From Candidatus Aminicenantes bacterium (GTDB lineage: Bacteria; Acidobacteriota; Aminicenantia; S016-38), in contig JALXBI010000009.1 of assembly GCA_026991555.1 (NCBI GenBank), positions 8,984 through 72,983 of the forward strand: DNA of 64,000 nucleotides, read 5' to 3'. The translations under genes were made by a program, and so were the position numbers. Numbering within the stretch: position 1 is the stretch's first letter; every line of letters starts with the position of its first letter. Positions 40,593-47,865 of the stretch are shown here, one piece after another. The notes below the pieces were generated by a model. The model saw only the letters and a program-made list of their open reading frames with translations. It was not told the origin of the DNA and ran no database searches.

Positions 40593-42102
40593 TTAGCCTT
40601 TCCTCCACAGCCCTTTTGAACTCCTGGTCCTTTTCCAGAAAACCGTAGACCAGTCCCCGGAGTTTTTCCGGAGGTTCTGGAGGAGTTAAGTAACTTACCA
40701 CCACATTTATAAGGAGGGAAGCCACGAAGGACCACCAGGCCACATAGAGGAAATTAACCCCAGCAGCAGAGAGCACGACGGCTATAACTACTCCCAGGCT
40801 TAGGCCCCAGAAACCTCCCCAACCGGTGGACCGCCACCATAAGACACCTAAAAGCAATGTGGCCAGGGTGGGTCCCTGGAAAAAGGAAAGCAGGGTCTGC
40901 ATGGCCACATATATTCCCGGGAATTTCTGGGTAAACGGGGCGAAGGCCACCCCGAAAACTATAAAGGCAAAGGTTAATATCCTTCCCATTATTAAATAAT
41001 GGCGGTCAGAGCCATCCTTTTTTATGTATTTCTGGTATATGTCCTTGGTCCAAAGGGTGGCGGCGGAATTTAGGGTGGAATCCACGCTGGAGTGAAGGGC
41101 AGCAATAAAAGCCACGAATACCAGGCCCCTTATCCCCGGAGGAAGGAAGTTTTTTACCACCCAGGGCAGGGCCTGGTCCGGATTATTTATGGCACCGGAA
41201 GGGGCAAACATAAGGGCAAAGAATCCCGGAAGAACCACCAGAAGAGGAATCAGGGTTTTGGGGAAGGCTGCAAACATCATCCCTGCCCTGGCATCCCATT
41301 GGCTCCTGGCCCCTAAGGCCCTCTGGATGATGGACTGGTTGGCGCACCACCATGCAGGGGATAAAACAAGACCTAAGCCTAAAATCATCCCCAGCCATGG
41401 ATAGGCGGGATTGTTTAGGGGCAAGAATACTTTAAGATGCTGGGGATGGGAGGCCTTGAGGGCCTGGAAAAATTTGGCCACTCCCCCGGCCTTGGCAAAT
41501 CCCACGCCAGCCACCGCGAATCCTCCCACGAACATTATGCCCAGCTGAACCACATCGGTTATGGCCACGGCAGCGAGGCCTCCGGATATGGTGTAAAAAC
41601 CCACCACTATGGCAGTTATAACTATGCTGAATCCTATGGACCAGCCCAGGTAGGTGTGGAGCATTATCCCTGAGGCCCAGAAAAATATACCAAGGAGCAT
41701 CACTAAGAAGAGCCCGTATATCACCGCTTCAATAACCCTAACCCCCTCCTTATACCTTTTTCCCAGGTATTCCGGCACGGTGTAAACTTTATTCTTCCAG
41801 TAATAGGGGATTATTATCAGGGCTGAGACTATCATGGCAGGTATGGCACCGAGCCACTCGTAATTGGCCTGGGCGATGCCGAACCTGTAGGCTCCTCCAG
41901 CTGCTCCCACATAATCATAGGCGCCTATATTGGTGCCTATGATGGACATGCCTATTACCCACCACGGTAGTGCCCTGCCAGCCAGAAAATAATCCTCGGT
42001 GCTGGTTACATATTCCCTGAATAATACCCCGAAAAGGAATATGGCTAAAAGGTAAACGACGATAAGGAAAAGGTCAATGTGCTGGGCTAAAACTTCCTTC
42101 AT
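40585..42102 (-). CDS. Sodium:solute symporter (SLC5/SSS)
   Basis: DYFLAGR, TVPEYL, YTISGGL.AVAITD, NQSIIQRAL, SSVDSTLNS. Confidence 0.95.
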   Translation of the reverse strand: MKEVLAQHIDLFLIVVYLLAIFLFGVLFREYVTSTEDYFLAGRALPWWVIGMSIIGTNIGAYDYVGAAGGAYRFGIAQANYEWLGAIPAMIVSALIIIPYYWKNKVYTVPEYLGKRYKEGVRVIEAVIYGLFLVMLLGIFFWASGIMLHTYLGWSIGFSIVITAIVVGFYTISGGLAAVAITDVVQLGIMFVGGFAVAGVGFAKAGGVAKFFQALKASHPQHLKVFLPLNNPAYPWLGMILGLGLVLSPAWWCANQSIIQRALGARSQWDARAGMMFAAFPKTLIPLLVVLPGFFALMFAPSGAINNPDQALPWVVKNFLPPGIRGLVFVAFIAALHSSVDSTLNSAATLWTKDIYQKYIKKDGSDRHYLIMGRILTFAFIVFGVAFAPFTQKFPGIYVAMQTLLSFFQGPTLATLLLGVLWWRSTGWGGFWGLSLGVVIAVVLSAAGVNFLYVAWWSFVASLLINVVVSYLTPPEPPEKLRGLVYGFLEKDQEFKRAVEERLNG

Positions 42103-43244
42103 TTAATCAGGATTTCAGGCACCAGGAATTTCTTTCCCCGGTAGGTAACAGATTTATAGGGCCAATTTCCCGTATATGTCAAAACTTCAACCCCATTTTC
42201 AGTCACCAGAACCGTGTCCTCCACCTTGGCCCCAGGAAGGGTGGGATTGAAGGCGAAGGCCTGGTTCAGGTGCACCTTTTCCTTAGAATTGGCGGTCACG
42301 ATGAATTCCCTTTCCGCATATCCGATTCCTCCTCCCTGATGGTGGTTTTTCCACTCGGCGGGGAAACCGTATTTTCCATACACAGAAATGGCTTCCTTAA
42401 AAACCCGGGAAAGGGAGGCTCCGGGTTTGAGTCCGTAAAGAAAAGCAGCGTAAACCTTCTCCGCCACCCTTTGCCTCCGGGAAAGGCCAGGGGGAAGTGG
42501 ACCAAAGTGAACCAATCTCGTCAGGGCCACCACCATTCCGTATTTCCTGGCGCATATGTTTATCTGGGCGTATTTTTTCAACCTCCTTCCCTTGGGTATT
42601 ACATGCCTGTAGAGGAAAATTCCCCGGTCCACCCCTATCAGAAGGACCGTGGGGACAAGTCCTCTTTTGTAAAGTTCGTAGGCCACCTTTGCCCTTATAT
42701 CCTCTTCAGTCATTCCAGGTTCCAGTTCCCTTGCCACCTTTTCCGCCGCCTCTGCTGCTTCCCTTGCCACAAGCCTGTATCTTTTAATTTCCTCTGGGAG
42801 AAGAACATACCTCAGTTTTTTGAACTGGTTCTCCACGAATATGGTTCCTGGGATGGGAAGGTCCGAACCTATTCTTTCTCCCCCGTATTTTTTCGCCAGT
42901 TGAAGCACCTCGTTCCTTTCTACCCCTAAATACCACGGGTAAATCAGGGGTTTTATCGGGAAGCCCTTAAGCTCTTCGTCAAGGAACCTCCTCTCTTCGT
43001 CGTTGGGAGCGATGAGGAAAAAGTCCTTAGGGGTGACCAGCAGGGAAACAGTTCCCCTCTCTGAAGTTATAACCACTGTGCTGGTTCCCCCTGCTGTCAG
43101 CCAGGAGAAGTTCCTCTGGATGGAGATGAGCATGGAGGAAAGATTGTTCTTCTTCAAGAATTCCCTTACCCTTTTTATCTTGCTCTGAAATTCCCCTCCC
43201 CTCAAAACGAGGATGAGGGCTAATAGGAGGGCCAATTTTTTCAT
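42099..43244 (-). CDS. M24 (pita-bread fold) protein with a signal-like N-terminus
   Basis: Creatinase_N-like NFSWLTAG; HHQGG.GY..RE; KVEDT. Confidence 0.8.
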   Translation of the reverse strand: MKKLALLLALILVLRGGEFQSKIKRVREFLKKNNLSSMLISIQRNFSWLTAGGTSTVVITSERGTVSLLVTPKDFFLIAPNDEERRFLDEELKGFPIKPLIYPWYLGVERNEVLQLAKKYGGERIGSDLPIPGTIFVENQFKKLRYVLLPEEIKRYRLVAREAAEAAEKVARELEPGMTEEDIRAKVAYELYKRGLVPTVLLIGVDRGIFLYRHVIPKGRRLKKYAQINICARKYGMVVALTRLVHFGPLPPGLSRRQRVAEKVYAAFLYGLKPGASLSRVFKEAISVYGKYGFPAEWKNHHQGGGIGYAEREFIVTANSKEKVHLNQAFAFNPTLPGAKVEDTVLVTENGVEVLTYTGNWPYKSVTYRGKKFLVPEILIK

Positions 43245-43253
43245 GGGAAAATT

Positions 43254-44360
43254 TTAGAATTCCTTATCGTAGATGCCAAATTCTTTGTATCTTTCAGCAC
43301 CCATGTCTATGAGGATTTTGTTCATTTGATAATTGTTGTCCAGGATCCAGCCCATGTCCGCTTCCCGGTATCCCTTCTTTATCCCCTCCTCTATTGTTTT
43401 GTAAATCAACAGAGCCTCGATCCCTCTGAGGCGGAATTTTTCCCTGACTCCCATGGCATAGGTCCTGAGGCGGTATATTTCCTTCTTGTGAATGAGCAAT
43501 TTTATGAGCCCCAAGGGGAAAAGCCTTCCGTTGGCATATTTTAAAATCTGGTTGAAATCAGGAAGGGAAAGGGATGCCCCTGCGGGTTCATCGTTTATCT
43601 CCGCAAAGAAGACTATGTCCGGGTCAAGAATCGGCTTGAGCTCCTTGGCTATGAACTCTATTTCCTCGTCGGTCAGGGGGACGAAACCCCAGTTCTTTCC
43701 CCATGCTTCGTTGTATATGAGTTTGAACCTGTTAATTTCCTCCCGGAAATCCTTCATTCTTGCCTTTCTTACCTTTATTTTCTTAAGCCTTGCCTCTGCC
43801 ACCCTTTTAAGTTTTTCGGGAATGGGCTGTTCCTTGGTGAGGCGATATGCGTAGAGGGTTCTTACCAACTTCAGCCCATAATCCTCAAATAGGTCTATGT
43901 AATATCTGGGATTGTATGTATATTCCACCACCGGTGGGGAGTCAAAGCCCTTTATAAGGAGACCACAGGTCTCGTTGGTGGAGAAATTCATGGGTCCCCT
44001 CATCCGGTCCATCCCCTTATCCCTCAAATATTCCTCTGCCTTCTCAAAAAGTGCCCTGGATACCTCCCTGTGGTTTACCGACTCAAAAAAACCGAAAAAT
44101 CCGGTTTTTTCGTTCCAGTATTCGTTGTGCCTGAAATTGACGAAGGCGGCTATTCTCCCTACCACCTCCTTTCCCCTGTAAGCTAAGAAATACTCTACCT
44201 CTGCGTGTTTGTGAAAGGGATGGTGGTTTCTGTCCAGAAGTTTTTTTACATCGGAAATCAAGGGGGGAACCCAATTGGGGTCGCCATTATAAATCTTCCA
44301 CGGCAGTTTTACAAATTGGTTCAGCTGTTTTTTGTCTTCCACCTTCCTTATCTCTACCAT
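43254..44360 (-). CDS. YghO-like GNAT N-acetyltransferase
   Basis: DPNWVPPL, GRIAA, GFFGFFE, GPMNFSTN, NWGFVP, WILDNN. Confidence 0.85.
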   Translation of the reverse strand: MVEIRKVEDKKQLNQFVKLPWKIYNGDPNWVPPLISDVKKLLDRNHHPFHKHAEVEYFLAYRGKEVVGRIAAFVNFRHNEYWNEKTGFFGFFESVNHREVSRALFEKAEEYLRDKGMDRMRGPMNFSTNETCGLLIKGFDSPPVVEYTYNPRYYIDLFEDYGLKLVRTLYAYRLTKEQPIPEKLKRVAEARLKKIKVRKARMKDFREEINRFKLIYNEAWGKNWGFVPLTDEEIEFIAKELKPILDPDIVFFAEINDEPAGASLSLPDFNQILKYANGRLFPLGLIKLLIHKKEIYRLRTYAMGVREKFRLRGIEALLIYKTIEEGIKKGYREADMGWILDNNYQMNKILIDMGAERYKEFGIYDKEF

Positions 44361-44518
44361 ATTTCACCTCTCTAAAATGCTTTTGGGAAATTCTAAGATT
44401 TATTGAGAAAAAAGCAAAAAATTTCCTTATTGCCTTATGAGAAAATCTATATTTCCACTGATTTCTGACCTGATTCCGTAGGAAAGGGTCGGGGTGGCAA
44501 ATTAGAAAGAGGTAGTTT

Positions 44519-44607
44519 TCGGACCTGTCCCCAATTTGGGAGGGCCGAACGTTTAGCTATGAGCTGAGGACTAAGAGCTGGAGGCTAAACGAAATCGGAC
44601 CTGTCCC
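44519..44607. repeat. Left pair of 13-bp direct repeats TCGGACCTGTCCC
   Basis: Exact copies at 44519-44531 and 44595-44607. Confidence 0.9.
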
Positions 44608-44644
44608 TTTTTTGGGACTGAGCCCTGAGCTCTGAGCTGGGCTT

Positions 44645-44674
44645 AATATCCAACCACCGGTCCCTTTCCTATAG
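44645..44674. repeat. Partial copy (C) of the 72-75 bp repeat
   Basis: AATATCCAACCACCGGTCCCTTTCCTATAG matches the 3' part of the copies at 46106 and 46275. Confidence 0.7.
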
Positions 44675-44736
44675 GTGCATCATAAAAATGTTTTTCAAGG
44701 ATAGCATTCCATAAAAAACTATGTTAAAATTGGAAT

Positions 44737-45936
44737 ATGAATACAGGAAAAATACAATACAAGGAAAGAAATTTAGAGAAAAAAATTGACAGACTCTGGG
44801 GTGAGAAGGAGATGCTAGTGATTAAAGGGCCCAGACAAGCCGGTAAAACCACCCTCCTGAGGCACTTACAGGAAAAATACGGGGGGACTTATTACACCTT
44901 AGAAGACGAAGAAGTTTTAAGGAGCTTCAACTCAAACCCTGAGCTTCTCGTTGACAGCCAGGTCATATTCATTGACGAAGTCCAATTGAGTCCCTTTGCA
45001 GGAAGAAGATTGAAATTTCTCTATGATAAATTTGAGGGCGAAGTGAAGTTTGTGGTGAGCGGGTCAGGGGCTTTTGACCTTAAAAGAGAAGTTGGGGCTT
45101 CGCTGGTGGGAAGAGCCTTCTTCCTCAGTCTTCTTCCCCTTTCCTTTGAGGAATTCGTAAAATGGAAAAGCCCGCTTAGCTGGAGAATTTTAGCCGAAAA
45201 CAAAAAACGCCTATTTGATTTTATTCAGGGTAAAGGAGAGATTGAGCCTATGGGAGGATGGGAAGCCCTCAGAGAGCTGGCTCTGCAATATATGGTTTGG
45301 GGTGGGTATCCTGCAGTTGTTTTAACAAAGGATAGGGAAATGAAAAAGGAAAGACTGAAGAACATCGTGGAGCTGACTGTAGAGAGAGACCTTGTGAGGC
45401 TTTTTTCCTTTCAGGATATAGGAAGAATGAAAAAGGTGGTCAAAACCCTCTCTTCTCGTATAGGAAGGTTGCTTAAAATGAGCGATTTGGAGGTTGACTT
45501 TAAAACCGCAGAAAAATATATAGGGGTTCTTGAATATTCCCAAATCATTTCCTTACTTGAGCCTTTTCACAGGAACGAAAGGACAGCTCTTAGGAAGGCG
45601 AGAAAGGTTTATTTCTGCGATTTAGGCTTCAGAAATGCTCTTCTGAACAATTTTTCTGATATTGAAACAAGGGAAAACGCAGGCTTCCTAATAGAAAACT
45701 TCGTTTTCAGGCAGCTCTGCTATGATTTTCCCTTAAAATACTGGAGAACCACCAATAAAACAGAAGTGGATTTTGTTATTGAGGAACCTTTGGTAGCCAT
45801 AGAGGTGAAATTTGGAAAGGCGAAGGCTCTGAGGGGGATAAAAAGCTTTATGGATAAATATGGAGCCAAAGGGATTGTCATGTGTGAGGAGTTTAAAAAG
45901 GCTCCTTTGCCCCGCTATCCATTCTGGCTAATGTGA
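44737..45936 (+). CDS. AAA_14 ATPase with DUF4143 C-terminal domain
   Basis: GPRQAGKT, IFIDEVQ, SGS, GGYP, KVYFCDLG, ENFV, YWRT..EVDFV..AIEVK. Confidence 0.92.
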   Translation: MNTGKIQYKERNLEKKIDRLWGEKEMLVIKGPRQAGKTTLLRHLQEKYGGTYYTLEDEEVLRSFNSNPELLVDSQVIFIDEVQLSPFAGRRLKFLYDKFEGEVKFVVSGSGAFDLKREVGASLVGRAFFLSLLPLSFEEFVKWKSPLSWRILAENKKRLFDFIQGKGEIEPMGGWEALRELALQYMVWGGYPAVVLTKDREMKKERLKNIVELTVERDLVRLFSFQDIGRMKKVVKTLSSRIGRLLKMSDLEVDFKTAEKYIGVLEYSQIISLLEPFHRNERTALRKARKVYFCDLGFRNALLNNFSDIETRENAGFLIENFVFRQLCYDFPLKYWRTTNKTEVDFVIEEPLVAIEVKFGKAKALRGIKSFMDKYGAKGIVMCEEFKKAPLPRYPFWLM

Positions 45937-46105
45937 AACAGAAAAGCCTTCTTTGCAATTTTCCCTTATCCAGATAGGAGAGGCTGAACATCTTTTCGGG
46001 GTTGCTCCTTTGAGAGCGAGGACCTGATTATGCCCCTGCCCCTTCCAACAGTAATCATACCACAGAGATGGTGAATAGGTGTATGAAGGGAAAGAAAAGA
46101 GGTTA

Positions 46106-46349
46106 GAAATGGCAAAGGTGATGGCCCAAAAGGAGGGGAAATGGTTCAATATCCCACCACCCCTCCCCTTCCTATAGGGGGCCCTCTTTTTCCTGCGATT
46201 CGGACCTGTCCCGTTTTTGGAATAAAAGCTAAACTCGGACCTGTCCCCACATGACATGAAAGAGATTTGAGTTTGAAATGGCGAAGGTGATGGCCCGAAA
46301 GGAGGAGGAAAAATGGTTTAATATTCCTCCACCCCTTCCTTTCCTATAG
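46106..46349. repeat. Two 72/75-bp direct repeats (46106-46177, 46275-46349) enclosing a second pair of TCGGACCTGTCCC (46200-46212, 46235-46247)
   Basis: Direct alignment by eye. Confidence 0.9.
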
Positions 46350-46369
46350 GTGTCCCTTTTCTGCAGAAA

Positions 46370-46398
46370 ATTATAAGAGGGAATAAGGATGCTGTCTA
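46370..46398 (-). promoter_or_regulatory. Near-consensus sigma70 promoter pointing into the repeat region
   Basis: Minus-strand TAGACA(46398-46393)-N17-TATAAT(46375-46370). Confidence 0.55.
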
Positions 46399-47865
46399 AT
46401 AATGGAGTTCAGGAAGGAAGGTGAGGTCCCCGTTGGGATATACCTCCACTCCCCTGAGTCCTTTCCTGTAAACGGCCACAGAGTCCGGATACCAGAGGGG
46501 AATGTAAACCACATCCCTTGCCACGATTTTCTGAATTCTTGAGAAAATTTCCTTCCGCTTTTCAAAGTCATAGGTTTTTTCCCCTTCCTCAATGAGCTTG
46601 TCCACCTCCGGATTGCTATACCCGCCCCTGTTGGCCCCGTTGGGAGGTGTGGACTTGGAGTGGAATACGAAACGGAAAATATCCGGGTCTGAGATTCCCA
46701 CCCACATCATAAAGTAAAGCTGAAAATCCCCCTTCACTACCTTAGAGTAAAAATAGGAAAATTCCCCGCAATTTATTTTAAGCTTAATGCCCACCTGGGC
46801 CAACTGGGATTTTAGAATCTGCGCCAGCTGGCGGGAAAGCCTCCTGGAAGCGCAGCTGAACTCTAAGGCGAGGTTCTGGTGGCCCGTTTCCCTTAGGAGC
46901 TTGACAGAAAGGGAAGGGGCATAATGGAAGGCAAAAACCCCCTTCTCATGCCATGGAAGGTATGGGGGTATTATGGTATTGGCCTCGGTGGCATATCCCC
47001 GAAGAAGGTTTTTTATTATCGCCCTGCGGTCTATGGCGTATCCTATGGCAAGTCTTATCCTCCTGTCCCTAAGGTATCTATCCCTGAGATTTATGCCTAT
47101 ATAGGCGAAATTACCCCCCTGCCTCCTCTTTATCACCAGGTTTTTTCCCCTGGATAGTTCGTAGAGGGTATCCGGGGAAAAGCCGTTTACCACAAGGTCC
47201 AGGTCTCCTCCAGTAAGCTCAAGAGCCCTGGTTACCTCGTCGGGAATTATTCTTACGAGAATGCCCGGGTTTTTTGCCACCCTCTGATAGGGATTTGGCT
47301 TCAGGAGAATTTCATCCTCGTATATTTTTGCCACGCAATAGGGACCGCTTCCCACAGGATGAGCCCCAAAATCCCCCCCGGCCCCCTCCGGAACGATTCC
47401 TAAGGTGGTGTTTATAAGAAAGGAGGAATAGGGTTTTTTCAGTCTGAAAACAACATCCTGTCCCTTAGCAAAGACATCCTCAATCATCCACAGGGAGCCC
47501 CTTCTTATGCTCCTTATTTTTCCCTCAAGGAGGGACCTATAGGTATAGACCACATCCTTCGGGGTTATTTCCTTCCCGTTGCAGAACCTGAGGTTTTTCC
47601 TTATTTTGAAAATAAAGGTTCTATCCCCCTGCCTGCGGTAGGATACTGCAAGGTCGGGAACCAGCCTCCCGTCCTTTGTTCTTTTAACCAGGCCACGATA
47701 CAGAACCTGATGGAGCCTCTGGGAGACCTGGTCTGTCCCCACCCTGGGGTCTAAGCTGGACGGGAAGTTTTCCAAGGCTATTTTCACCAGGTCGGTATTG
47801 GGTTTTTCCCTGGAGCAGAAAGGTAGAAATACTAAAAGAAAAAGGAAAAAACTCGCTTTCCTCAC
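46396..47865 (-). CDS. ABC transporter peptide-binding lipoprotein (SBP family 5)
   Basis: Lipobox-like LPFC, SLDPR, VPDLA, PVGSGPY, NRGGYSNPEVD. Confidence 0.92.
   Translation of the reverse strand: MRKASFFLFLLVFLPFCSREKPNTDLVKIALENFPSSLDPRVGTDQVSQRLHQVLYRGLVKRTKDGRLVPDLAVSYRRQGDRTFIFKIRKNLRFCNGKEITPKDVVYTYRSLLEGKIRSIRRGSLWMIEDVFAKGQDVVFRLKKPYSSFLINTTLGIVPEGAGGDFGAHPVGSGPYCVAKIYEDEILLKPNPYQRVAKNPGILVRIIPDEVTRALELTGGDLDLVVNGFSPDTLYELSRGKNLVIKRRQGGNFAYIGINLRDRYLRDRRIRLAIGYAIDRRAIIKNLLRGYATEANTIIPPYLPWHEKGVFAFHYAPSLSVKLLRETGHQNLALEFSCASRRLSRQLAQILKSQLAQVGIKLKINCGEFSYFYSKVVKGDFQLYFMMWVGISDPDIFRFVFHSKSTPPNGANRGGYSNPEVDKLIEEGEKTYDFEKRKEIFSRIQKIVARDVVYIPLWYPDSVAVYRKGLRGVEVYPNGDLTFLPELHY

Noticed and set aside
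44519..46247. CRISPR array from the TCGGACCTGTCCC repeats
   Set aside because: The repeat is only 13 bp, there are two copies per side with 63- and 22-nt gaps, and no cas genes are present
45928..46257. 109-aa minus-strand ORF as a real gene
   Set aside because: It runs through the repeats and has no recognisable motifs; kept only as a possible remnant
46106..46349. DGR template/variable repeat pair
   Set aside because: Five of eight differences are at minus-strand adenines of copy B, but three are not. There is also an indel, and the window has no reverse transcriptase, avd or convincing target gene.
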